DNA of 64,000 bases from Dudresnaya verticillata (lineage: Eukaryota): contig OZ374557.1 of assembly GCA_977862235.1 (NCBI GenBank), positions 1,550,001 through 1,614,000 on the forward strand. Direction: 5' to 3'. Under the pieces are notes generated by a model, which was not told where the DNA came from, did no database searches, and worked only from the letters and a program-made list of their open reading frames with translations. A program made the position numbers and the translations under genes. Of this stretch, positions 1 to 11,300 are shown one piece after another. Position 1 is the first letter of the stretch. Each line of letters opens with the position of its first letter.

Positions 1-1340
1 ACAATGCTGGAGAGTATGGGAAGCTCGCGATCCTTGTCCTGTCGTGGAACAGGTATGGTTTCAGGACTATGAAGAACCGATAGGTCTCCGCGACTGCCAG
101 TAGGACAGAACGTATACGAATCGACTGTCGGCATTAACCTGTAAATGATCTCGCCGCCGCCTGCCAGTTGACCCTACAAGCGAAGCTACTGGCCCTAGGA
201 CTGCAATACCCCTCGCAGCCCGATACTGTAAAACAACTCGATAATGTCACAGCCTGCGATATGCAAGATGCTCCCGACCCAACGATATCTTGCCCTTTAG
301 TTCGGTGCGACTCTCTACTAGTGCCAACATTTCGGTTCACTAATGCAGCCGTCATCAGAGCAAGTACTCAGATCCGCCTCAAGCTTTCTCGAACCGCAGA
401 TGCGCTGTTAAACCCAGTCTGCCCTGCTGAGCATGGAGACTGACAGTTGCTCAAGGGCAGCTGCTCTCCCCAGACGCTTGACGATACTTTTCACTTAACA
501 CAGCCTCTATCGGAGCACCGCCTCGTGCTTTTTGCCACCCCTTCACGCGACAGCATACTTCAACCAGGAGCAACCGTCCTTTGCAAAATCGTCCTGAGGG
601 AGGCCTCATTAGTATGGGGTCCTGAAAGGCATCCTGTGCGATGGTCAAGATGCACGGCGTAACTCCAAAGGCGTGGCACTATGGCCGCGTGTCGACTCGC
701 TTTACCCCTCCCACAGGAGCAAACTTCATGGCAGTGGCTTGCATCGCTCAAGACTGCACATGCTTTCTATCACAATTTGATTTCCGTTGGGAGGTGATTT
801 CAGGGAGGTGTATACTGGCCAACTTGGGGATGCATGTTTCTCATTCATCCCCCTGATCCACTCCACCGTCCGCCCACCTAAACTCACAGGTCACGATCTG
901 GGCTTGCGGCCCATGCATAGATCCGCCTCATTTGCACACGCACGCGCGAACGAAAAGTAGTCTGTTTTGGCCTTCCTACCACCCTCTGCGCTAGCTCGCA
1001 AAAATCCCCGCCGAGCAGAGACTACCCGCAATCAGTCCCTGCGGTCACGTACACACACCCAGCTAGAGAATCACTGATCGTGGGAAATAGCAGCTGTGGG
1101 AAGTCCAGTTGGACCCAAGCCCCAAAACGCCACACACCGAAGCAGCCACAAAAGCAGTTGTATGCACTTCAGTACAGCTAAGTCGACATTTCCAGATCGA
1201 CTCCCTGCCGTTTTCCTGCATTACTACAACCAGCCAGCCCCCGATTCCCCGAAGGCCTGTACCCGGCCTTGGCTCCTTGACACGTTGTCTTCAGAGCTCT
1301 AAAACTCAATGTTGCCTCCTGCGCCAACCCAGCACATTTA

Positions 1341-1534
1341 CGTGATGTGTAGACTCGTTTATACGCATGAAACGTACTCAATGAATAGCGAGGGCGATCC
1401 TGTAAGAGGATGCTACACGATGCGTACGTGTCAAATTTCCGGGGAAAAAAGGCGCGCTTTTCTTGGACGCAACTTCGTCATAAGAGTGGTCGACGCTATG
1501 CCCCCGGAGAAATCTGGGCATGCTTCTCTCTTTC
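1341..1534 (+). repeat. Left direct terminal repeat of the YR retrotransposon
   Basis: Matches 5403-5595 with 3 substitutions and one 1-nt indel by eye. Confidence 0.95.
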
Positions 1535-1633
1535 GAGAGTCCCCAGAACGACTGGCGGTAGGCACATTTCTAGCTGGTCAAAAGGACAAGACCAAGGACT
1601 GGAGAAGACTGCAGTTCAGGAATCAAGATCGCT

Positions 1634-2317
1634 ATGGCTTCTCCGTTTAAGTCAAGTAAAGAACAAGCTGACACGCTCCTCGTGAAGGCTAAGATGATCG
1701 CCAAGGGAAAGACGCTCCATGAGGCTGGAATAGAGCCGGTATGGATGAACGCCTATGGCCAGATCGCCGAACGGGCATATCGTGATCGCCGATACGGGTT
1801 TAGCCGCTATCCATACGAGGCAGGACCTGCCGTTGGAGCCTTCGTGGGCGGCTTCTTCGATCACCGAGAGTGGGCGCCTCGCAAGGCCCTCGAAAGGCAT
1901 CAGAGCGTGCGGGCAGTAGCCGAATATGAAGCCAAATATGTTAATGCAGCTGGGTACTGGTCTGCGTTTCAGGAAGCGGCTATCGATCTTCGCCAAGAAT
2001 TTATTGCTGACGACAAGGTTGACCAGGCAAACCGTTTCGACGTTTGGGCAATTATTGCAGTACGATACACCTTGAGAGTACTGAGGCTACGTACGGAATT
2101 TTATCGCTTAGCGGTAGAGGACCCTACATATGCTAAGATGGTTCTTCCCGCTTTGGAACGCCGTGGTGATTTCGCGGCAGCCGATGACCTTGAAGGTCCT
2201 CTCGGTGAACTTGCGTCTCATATGAATACCTAGCTGATGAAAGCAGTCGCCACCCTAAATGCTAGTAACGCAACGAAGCGGGCAAAAGGTAAGGGTGGAG
2301 CTGCCGATGGACATTAG
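1634..2317 (+). pseudogene. ORF1 / gag-like protein of the YR retrotransposon, with in-frame TAG at 2231-2233
   Basis: 199-aa ORF (MASPFKSS...) in the position of DIRS gag. The frame continues for 27 more codons after the TAG to a stop at 2315-2317. Assignment is positional. Confidence 0.65.
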
Positions 2318-4271
2318 TCGTCATCGGAAAGAGGCGCCCTCTATGGCGCGCGGTGTAATCGCGTGTCGAAGAATGGCGCCAACTGGGGGTTTCGGATTAC
2401 CTATGCCGAGCCATCCAGTTTGGAATATTCGACGCTCCCCTCGATCCGTTCCAACCGGGTCAAGGTGTCGAGTTGGCGGATATTCCACAGTCAGCGGAGG
2501 ATCGGGAATTCGCCGCTGCCGATTTGGAGAAGGGTTGCTCCAGCGGTATCTACCAGGAAGTGTCGAAAGACCATGCTATGAGGGCGAAAGAGAAGGGGCT
2601 GTGATATCCTCCGCATTCACCGTCCCCAAGAGAAGGAGGAAGGAGCAAAGGGCCGGTTCGTAGTGAACCTTGCCCTTCGATCGAATTATTGGGCGAAGGG
2701 GTCTGTCCGAATGGAGACTCTACCGGAATTTTCGGTGAACGTGCAGAAGGGGGACCACTTCTTGACAATGAATATCGAGAAGGGCTTTCGCCATTTGCGT
2801 CTGCATCCCCTCATGCGCGACTGGTTCATTTTCCGATATGGTGGAAGATAATACCGATGCGTCGCTTTGCCGTTCGGTTGGACGCGTTCCCCTCTTTGGT
2901 TCGTATCGCTCATGGCTCCGTTCGTACGCAAGTTACGGTCCAACGGGGTTCGAGTGCTGGCGTACATCGACGATTTTCTAATAGCGCCGTCCCCATACGG
3001 GACCGTCGCAACTGCCTCGGACTGCCACCAGGCAAAGCATATGATCGAATCGTTGATGCGTCGCCTGGGAATCAGTCGGCAGACGGACAAGGGCGAGTGG
3101 GAGGGATCGCGTGTCGTAGAGCATCTAGGAGTGATGGGCGACAGCATCCGTATGGTATTCTACGTAGTGCCAAGGAAAGTGGCAAAGGTCCGGAACCTGG
3201 CGGGAAAGCTTCTGAAACAGGTGATGTTAGGGAAGCGCTGGGTCAACGCTCGGATGATCGCGAGTTTTTGCGGAACGTGCATCTCGCTAATGCTCGCTTT
3301 GCCCTGGGCAAGGTTCTATACCAGGTCTCTGTATTGGGACATGTCCTCCACGCGAGCCCGAGACTCGCGTGGTCGTTGTCGGCTCTCCCACCAGTCCATA
3401 CGGGACCTGCGCTTTTGGCGTCGGCTCTCCAAAGAAGCTTCGGAGGGTCGCCCGATTGTCCCTCCGAAACCACAGGCTGCAGTATACCGATGCTGCAGAC
3501 ATGGGATATGGTGGAACTTTGAACGTACAGGACCACAATCCTGGAGTGGCGGGTATGTGGTCGGATCAGGGGGTGTGGAGTTGGTACGATCGCAGCGAAT
3601 CGATAACCTTACGAGAGCTGCGGGCCGTTCGAAAACTCCTCACAGGTTTGATCGGTACGGAAGTTCGACGACAAGGCATAGAAGACTTGCTTTTGCACAT
3701 CGACGACCAGGCTGTAGTACACGTTACGAACAGTCTGCTTTCGGCAAGCCGACCTATGATGCGCGAACTTCGTCGACTCAAGGTCGTAATGGACCGCTTG
3801 GGAATTCGCATCCGCTCGGCCTGGATACCTTCAGCTGTCAACCAATTCGCAGACCGCCTCTCGCGACGCTTCCCCCGCGGAGACTTGCAGATCAGGAAGC
3901 AGCTTCGGCATTCCGTCTTGGATGGGATGTCAGCTCCAGTAGACGTTTTCAAGTTTCGCCCTCTCGGCGAACACCCATCCTATCTTCGCCGGGCACTGTA
4001 TCAGGAGGTGGAGAAGGACTGGGGACAAGAGGAAGGCCGCCTGTTATGCCCTCCAGTAGACCTCATCGGGGCTACGGTCAACAAGCTTGCTCGGACCGGA
4101 GCCCCGGCCCTGCTTCTCATTCCGGATTGGCCTCGGCAGCCCTGGCACCAAGCCGCGGTTCACGTGGTGAGTCGAGTGGAACGACTGCCGTACCCACCCT
4201 CGGAGCTGTGGACGGCTCAACGGAAGTTGAACCCTCTTTGGCGGCTCCTGCAGCTGGAGGTGAACATGTGA
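2307..4271 (+). pseudogene. DIRS-type RT / RNase H / DNA N6-adenine methyltransferase-like polyprotein, frameshifted
   Basis: Motifs ISSAFTVPK, GRFVVNL, IEKGFRHLRL, LPFGWTRSP, LAYIDDFLI, HLGV; RNase H YTDAA, ELRAV, HIDDQA, NQFADRLSR; MT-like LLCPPVDLI...LLLIPDWPRQPW. Several frameshifts and a TAA at 2849-2851. Start is approximate. Confidence 0.9.
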
Positions 4272-4291
4272 ATACACGCTCTGGTATTCGG

Positions 4292-5341
4292 ATGAATACG
4301 ATTGGGCATGCTGCCACGGATCATGTAGCATTCGTCGCAGGCTCCAGTGCAGGATCTCAGATGACGGCTGCCATGGTGTCGGAATTCGCGTGGAGCAACC
4401 GTACGACGGCTTCTCGGAATTCTCAGTGGAATGCATGGCTTGAGTTCTGTAGCTCAGAAAACCGAGCTCCGTTACCGGTCTCGGAAGGTAGTATCCTGGC
4501 CTTTATCGGATGGATGCGACTCGAGCGCGAGGCTGGTCGACGCAAAGTTAGCAGCGTCTCGCTTCAGCAATACCTTTCGGCCGTTCGACAGATGCACTTG
4601 CTCTTCACCGGTACTGCTCTGCCGCCGCTGCCTTTCGTCTCCCATCTTGTACGTGCTTATCGAACTTGGGAGGAGTCAAACTTCCCTCTGGAGACGGTTC
4701 GCTGCGGACTCTCTGCCGATAAGGTCCAACGCATATGGGCCTTAGGAATGGGTACAGCATCGCAGAGCCTTCTACGAGACTGCGCAGTTTGCGTGTTTGC
4801 CTACTGCTTTAACGGCCTTCGCGAGAGCTCCGTGATTACTTTGAAGACCGAAACATTCTGGTTCGAAAACACTACGCTGTACGCTAGAGCTAGTGTTTGG
4901 AAGGGTCGCACAGTCAGTCTAGAACCGCTACTCTCCTACCACCGGGTCGGAGACGTCTGTTCTCCTCTTGACCTTTTCAACCGCTGGAAGTCCAGCAGAG
5001 GTTCTCATCCACGCTTCTTCGGTCTTCCAGGCGAACTTTCTCAGCCGCAGAGCCAGACCCTCTCTCGTGCCCTTACGCGGGTATTGGACTTGGTTGCAAT
5101 TCGGCCACCACCCGATGGAAAGTATACATCGCATTCCCTTCGCATCGGTGCGCACCCGGAGCAGGTTCTGGTTGGAATTCCGCTAGAGGTCCGCATGGCT
5201 CGATTCGGATGGGGTCCTGACAGTGCTTCTATGGCGTCCCTGTACTTTGACAGGACAATAGGGCCTACCGCTGCGTCGTTCTGGTTTTTCGGAACCGGCA
5301 TTACTGCCGGCACCGCTTCCATTCCGCCGCCGTTGGCGTAG
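4292..5341 (+). CDS. Tyrosine recombinase (phage-integrase fold) of the YR retrotransposon
   Basis: Open frame with catalytic set GLRES (R), WKGR (K), HSLR (HxxR), FGW (W) and SLY (Y), plus an N-terminal core-binding region (QYLSAVRQMH). Confidence 0.92.
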   Translation: MNTIGHAATDHVAFVAGSSAGSQMTAAMVSEFAWSNRTTASRNSQWNAWLEFCSSENRAPLPVSEGSILAFIGWMRLEREAGRRKVSSVSLQQYLSAVRQMHLLFTGTALPPLPFVSHLVRAYRTWEESNFPLETVRCGLSADKVQRIWALGMGTASQSLLRDCAVCVFAYCFNGLRESSVITLKTETFWFENTTLYARASVWKGRTVSLEPLLSYHRVGDVCSPLDLFNRWKSSRGSHPRFFGLPGELSQPQSQTLSRALTRVLDLVAIRPPPDGKYTSHSLRIGAHPEQVLVGIPLEVRMARFGWGPDSASMASLYFDRTIGPTAASFWFFGTGITAGTASIPPPLA

Positions 5342-5366
5342 CGAAAACTCGGGGGCCTCGTTCTCT

Positions 5367-5385
5367 CCGCCCCATGTTGGGGCGG
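5367..5385 (+). other. GC-rich hairpin followed by a T-rich tract, between the YR stop and the right repeat
   Basis: CCGCCCCA-TGT-TGGGGCGG then TGTTTTTG. Function unknown. Confidence 0.5.
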
Positions 5386-5402
5386 TGTTTTTGTTGGGGT
5401 TT

Positions 5403-5595
5403 CGTGAAGTGTAGACTCGTTTATACGCATGAAACGTACTCAATGAATAGCGAGGGCGATCCTGTAAGAGGATGCTACACGATGCGTGCGTGTCAAATTT
5501 CCGGGAAAAAAGGCGCGCTTTTCTTGGACGCAACTTCGTCATAAGAGTGGTCGACGCTATGCCCCCGGAGAAATCTGGGCATGCCTCTCTCTTTC
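5403..5595 (+). repeat. Right direct terminal repeat of the YR retrotransposon
   Basis: Copy of 1341-1534. Confidence 0.95.
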
Positions 5596-6984
5596 CCACC
5601 CACCCGCCCTGTGCTTACGCACCCATGCCTCTCTCTTTGGTTTGCATTGCTGGCCACGTCGGTGGCCATATTTGGAAACGTCAATTTTCTTTGCATTGCT
5701 GGAAAGGTACAGCTATTACACGTGTAAGGATTTTGACCTACCCAAGCCGCACCGCAGTGGCTACCAGCATTTTTCAACTTCAGGGGTTCATCGCGGGGGA
5801 CGGTTTGTCTGTTTTCGCAGATGGGAGATTAGGCCCAACAGTCCTTTTTTTGGGATGGGGGACCGCGCCCATCTGGTCTCATTTTGGTGAAATGGGAGAC
5901 CAACCCCACTGCTGCCCAAGGGAGCGAGGCCTTTCCCTCGTCCCTCCCTGTGGGACTAACGACCGCTGAGGCCATTTGTATAGCGCGTGACGTCCCGCGC
6001 TGCCGCGATGATCCTAAAGCGACCGCTTCAGTGTACAGCCGCCCGGATGGGAAGCCAGGGGGGTGATCAGCCCCACTGACCCCTGCCGGGGTGGGGGGGT
6101 GACTACAGTGCGTGGGGGGAGGGTTTTATAGTGTATCTTGGTTCTAAATCTAGCGCGCTGCGGACGGCGGGCACCCGCATTCGACCGTTACTAATTTGGT
6201 GCGGGTGCAGCGGCCGTAGTAATCCGTAACGTGTAGAATTGCATGTATAAATGAACGTTTCAGGGCACGTGTCAAAAGCGCTCCGTAATATGCAATACAG
6301 TGAAACCGCGTTATAAGCATGCCAGTTGGGAGAGAGGGAGTTTATGCTTTTACGGAGGGTATACACCTGTCGAGAGCTAGACAACAATTCCTTTTTTGCC
6401 TGAAAAGTGGTCTAAGATCCTTGTTTGCTTCATGGAAGCAACTTTCTCCATTCTGAGAGAGCGCTGGCACTTGTAAAAAGCGTTTCGGCCTGCGTCGCAG
6501 AGGCTACCATACTTTAAGAGGATGGACCCACATTCTTTCTCTTATTATATTCTTCAAGAATAAGCCTTTTCGTTCTGTCGTTCTGACGAAAAGGCTATTA
6601 TACAGCAAAGCAGCGACTATCGCGCCTGGAAACGCCTGTACCACAAATGTGGCGTGCTGATCGAAATAAGTAGTGCAGAGACTTGAGGTTGTGGAGAAGA
6701 GAAGATGGGGAGAACCAAGCACGCATTAATAAGATAGAGCGGTGCATTTACTTTTGCGGGAAGCCCGCTGCGGGGATCTTTTTCTGTAAATAAGTGTAGC
6801 AGTGTGGCGCCAGCCAGAACAGCGAACAAAAGAAAGGGGACAGCTGTCCGGCGACACACGCTAGGGTGTGGTAGCTCGGTGGAGGTTGGTAGAGTCTTGA
6901 AAAGGGGAGAGGCCCTGATGGCTCGAAAGGGGGATGCGGAAGCGCGGTAAACACTCGGCGCGACCGACTCAAGGAAATATAGAG

Positions 6985-7820
6985 TGTGGCATAGACGTCA
7001 GATCGAACTGACGTCTAGCTGCGCTGGTCGATCAGTCGCACCCAGACCCGTCGAAGGGTGGTAGCTGTGGTGGTAGAGCGGTGGTGTCTGCCGCGCGCGC
7101 CGTCGACGGTCGCGGATCAACGGCGTCGAAGCCTGAGCGCGCACGGGGCGTACCGTACGCGGGCGGCAGCGGCCGGATCCCTGCGTCCCCGTCGTGGGGC
7201 GGCACGAAGCCGACGGTAGGGAAAGGAAAAGGAAATCCTAGACGGCTAGGGAAAGAGGGAAGCCGTAGGGCGAAGGACTGGGAAAGAAACCCAAAGCAGA
7301 AAGGGCAAGCCTGGCGTAGGCTGGCTTGCCTGGTTTACTGAAACCCGGAGGGGCGACTACTAGATATACCACAGGGCCTGCGGCGGCACCAACCCGGGAG
7401 GTGCGCCGGCGCGCCCCAGCACGCATCGACGCGTACGGGTAACGGTAACCCGGGGGCGCTCGTGGGCGAAACGGTCTACACGTACTCAACGGCTCGACGC
7501 CGGAGTGCACGCGCGCGTGTCACGCACTCAACGGCTCCGCGCCGGAGTGCGTGCGCGCAGCGCGCAGGACAGCAGGGCGTTCGACCGCCGCTTACACTAG
7601 ACGGTGCTGTACACTACAAAACAATAAACGTAGAAATTACATGGGAGTTTCAGTGTCACACGCGTACGCGTGCACACGCGGGCGCCACTGCGCACTTCCT
7701 TACAGTTCAGCGGGGCTTCGGCGCCACCGGCTGACAGCGTGCGCAAAGCAGTGCACACGTGGCGCAGCTGGACTTACAGCTGCGCGTGCGTGGCACAGCT
7801 GGTCTTACAGCTATGCCACA
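6985..7820 (-). mobile_element. Solo Gypsy LTR related to the LTR of element E
   Basis: 10-bp terminal inverted repeats TGTGGCATAG / CTATGCCACA. 5-bp TSD TAGAG at 6980-6984 and 7821-7825. Clear similarity to 52486-53258. Confidence 0.92.
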
Positions 7821-7930
7821 TAGAGGTAGCGACCTGGTGTTTCGTAGAGTACTTCGTGGCTATGATTGGCGTTTTCGGAATATTAAATCTCTTTGGTGAG
7901 CGTTTCAGCGCCCAACGGCTGTCTGTGGTT

Positions 7931-8321
7931 TGAAAATTGGGGGAAAAGGGTCTGCAGCATGCAGATCAGTAGTGAGAGGGAAAGCGTGGTACTGCAGTTG
8001 AAGTGTCAAAGTAGTTTTGATTGAGGTAGTAGATGGATGCCTCAGAAAGCAGAGGAGTGCTTGTCGAGTCAATACTTATAGACTACAGTCCGCCACACAG
8101 AATCTATCGGACATGATAAAGTGATGAGTATCGTCATCAACGGTATAGTCGTTCTAGTAACAACTAAAATACAATCGTAACAGTAAACTAGCAACGACTA
8201 CAGTGCAAAAGATATTCGTGCCATCTAAAACGATCACAAGTAGTTCTTCAAGCCATGAACGATTCCAAATACAGAAAGCATTTCCAAGCTGTTCAAGCTT
8301 GTAGCAACTCAAAGTTAGACA
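7931..8321 (-). repeat. Copia 3' LTR
   Basis: Matches 12839-13229. Preceded on the minus strand by PPT CGAAGGAGGAGGAA (8322-8335). Confidence 0.96.
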
Positions 8322-8342
8322 TTCCTCCTCCTTCGAGTGAAC

Positions 8343-11300
8343 CTATCCAAGGAAAGCATCAGATTCACGAGACTCGTGCATCGCGAGATCACAGGGTAGC
8401 TTGCCATCAAACATGAGTAGTTGTAAACTGTCTGATACAGCAGAATCAATCTTAGTTAGAGGGTCTGCGAATTTAAGAGTCCCTGGAATCCATGTCACCT
8501 GATTGAGCGCATGTGTTTCGAAGTTTTACCTTAATAGTGCAACATCAGCTGCAATTGACTTATCATCAGGCACTCTGCAGGTCGACATTGATGAAAATAA
8601 ATCCTTAGAATCAACTGCTAGTCCCAAATGCACTGAACCTCCCAGAAGCAATGTGTATGTAGCTGCGATGAATTTTCCAGCATCAAGTGCCTCCCCTGCA
8701 GCCATAACTTCGGCAGAAGCACTAGATTTAGCTGGACGTCTTGATAAGTGGGATTGCCAGCTAAGTAAATGAAACACAGACCCTTTTCTCAATGGGCCAA
8801 TGCAAAGGCCAGCAACATATCCAAGTTGACCAAACTCGTTAGGTCTGGCAGCATCAGAAAACATAAAAACACTTACATCATATGACCCCTTTTCTGGAGT
8901 TCTGAACTTGGTAGTAGACCCAATTCTCTGAAGTTTTCTTACTAAACCTGCCTGTCGCTGCAAATCATGTACAGTTGTGGACGACCGTCGCTGTTGCATA
9001 AAACTTGTGTACAGAGATGCAAAGGGAGAGACATTTTGACCCAAGAATCCAAAGGACCCATTCATAGATGAGAAGGAGAAATCCTCAATTGCGTTCAATG
9101 AATCATCAACCTGCTTTCGTCTTGTTCTTGTTTACCTGTACGGGGTGAGAGCTTCAACTTTGTCTTCAGCAGATATATGAATAACTCCGTCTTCATCTTG
9201 AGTAATAGTTAGCCCAAAGAATACGAACTCTCCTGGTAAATGAACGATTGTTCCGAGCTTATATCGTTTCGATAATGCATCTATGAACGAAGACTTAGCA
9301 TTTTCTTCGCCAACAATCAGAAGGTCATCGACAACTTTGGCCACTAGTAGTACTAAAACTCCATCCCTGCACATATAAAACAACTGGGGTATGTGAACGA
9401 CAGATGAAAGTCCCAGGTCAAGAAGTGTGGAGTCAGAGCGGTATTGCCATTTTGCATTAGCATTAACCAACCCATAACTTGCGGTCAATAGGAGCCAGTA
9501 GAACGATCGATTGACACACTCGCGTGGTGGTATGACATACACATCTCTTTGCGCTCTTCCAGACTGTAGAAATGCGCTCTTAATGTCAATTTTGCTGATA
9601 AACCAACCGAATATAACTGCAATGGACAATAATATTCTAAATCCCAACGGTGGGCATGCAGCAGAATCGGTCTTGAGTGATTTTCGCTCTCTGCCCTTAT
9701 TGCCATGTGGTGCAATCCTAGCCTTGCACCTCTTCGAACCATCATCTAGACGCTTGACCTTGTACAAGACATGACTTGAAATTATATTCGCTCCATGCAG
9801 AACCTTAGAGATGTGAATGCGTTCACAGGTTTGCAAGAAGCTTTCTTCTTCACTTCGGTATGCATTTTGTACTACAGAAGGCGGTAGACCTTGCGCATCC
9901 TTCAATAAGAACTCCTTGGTCCCAAAGCGTTCATAATAGCTGTCCAACAGAATTTTGTCTGAAGGTGTTAGCATCTGTCCTGGTTGCAGAACAATATCAG
10001 CTGCATTAGCATTTCGAGCTTGTGAGCGTGTAACCATTTGGCGTCAATCGTCATTAGCATCACCAAGGGAATTTAGTTCACGTGTGCCAACAGGACCTGG
10101 AGGTGGGTGGTATGTAAGTGAATCCGCACCAAACTGTCCATTGCGAGACACTGAGTCTGGGCTAGGGTGCACACCTTCACCTATATCCATGTAATTTCCA
10201 TCTTGTACATTATGTTTAGTTTTCTCATCAGCATCTACATCGCCATTATTTGTTACATCAGTAACACCAGTCCATCCATTGTCTTCTACATCATCATTAT
10301 TTCCAAAACAATTTCCATCATCATCGTTTCCATCATCATTATTTCCATCTTCTTCAATCACATCAATAGCTGAATATACTGCTGAGTTACATTGATCGAT
10401 AGCGGCTTAAACCATGTGGGAAAATCAGCCTGACTGGGCAATGCGAACCGAACATCCTCGACTGCTGCTTGAACGACACGACCAGCCTTGCCAGGTACAG
10501 TAACAGTTTGAGATTTTTTGTCAAAGGAAAGAGCAGGTCTTGGTAGAGTCCATTTGCCTCTTTTCTCATTGGGTTGCTTGATATAAAGTTCAACAAGAGT
10601 GCCGACATCAATTGCTGCATCTTGTGAAGACTTAGAGCGTAATATTGCCGTAAGCTTGCGGCGTGCAGATAAATCATCGTGTGCTTTGATTATCTCATCT
10701 GGTATAGTAATTGGAGAGTCAGTGGGAATGATAGGACGAGTAAACCCTTTCGCTAGCTCATATGCGGAAGCTATATCATTACCATAGAGGTCATTTGATA
10801 TCCTCATTGCCTGAATCACGAGTAGTCGTGCATTGGCATTTGGGTTGGCGTGACGCAATCGCATAAATATCGACTTAATAACTCTGTGCTTGGATTCCAA
10901 TGCATTTTTGCTTGGACAGCGTGGGGGAGCTGGACGAAACATAGTTCCAATAGAATTCAAATGGTTTTTGAACTCAGCCACATTGAAGGCAGGGTCTCCC
11001 TGTACAGCAGCTGGATTCCAGAACTGTGATATCCAATTTGATTCAAGCACATTAATAGCGTTGGTCATTCCCTTAGTTTGCACGCAATCCCCAGCAGAGT
11101 ACCTTGATACAGAATCCATAATGTGGAAGACTGATTCCTGCTCAGGAAAAAATGATCAATATATACGAGCTGGTTAAATCCCCTAGAGAAATGATTCAGG
11201 GAAACAGTACGGGATCTGACTGGAAGATCCGTCTCGTGGCAACTTCTGCAGGACTCAAGTGTCTTGGATAAATATGACGCACACTCATCTGTCCAAAGGT

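Larger units (their letters stand above)
1341..5595 (+). mobile_element. Tyrosine-recombinase (DIRS/PAT-group) retrotransposon with direct terminal repeats
   Basis: Order is gag-like ORF, RT (LPFGW...YIDD), RNase H (YTDA, ELRAV, NQFADRLSR), methyltransferase-like domain, tyrosine recombinase. Flanked by near-identical direct repeats 1341-1534 and 5403-5595. No DDE integrase, no protease and no TG..CA ends. Confidence 0.92.

Noticed and set aside
1..1340. Short ORFs on both strands as a possible host gene
   Set aside because: No recognisable motif and all frames are interrupted, so no product can be supported.
2867..5341. 824-aa ORF as a natural RT-tyrosine recombinase fusion
   Set aside because: A frameshift near 3480 moves RNase H and MT into another frame (3369-4271). 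The middle of the long ORF is an off-frame read, so the fusion is probably an artefact of decay.
5367..5395. Bacterial rho-independent terminator
   Set aside because: The context is a eukaryotic retroelement. Recorded only as a hairpin.
6058..6125. G-rich tract as G-quadruplex or DNA-transposon end
   Set aside because: No partner terminal repeat, TSD or second copy found.
6504..6859. Minus-strand ORFs with a hydrophobic N-terminus as a secreted or membrane host gene
   Set aside because: Short, frameshifted, non-ATG start and no family motif.
6867..6984. Older LTR underlying the solo LTR, Copia and A insertions
   Set aside because: It contains a GTTGGTAGAG box and a TG start, but I could not define the other end or a TSD.
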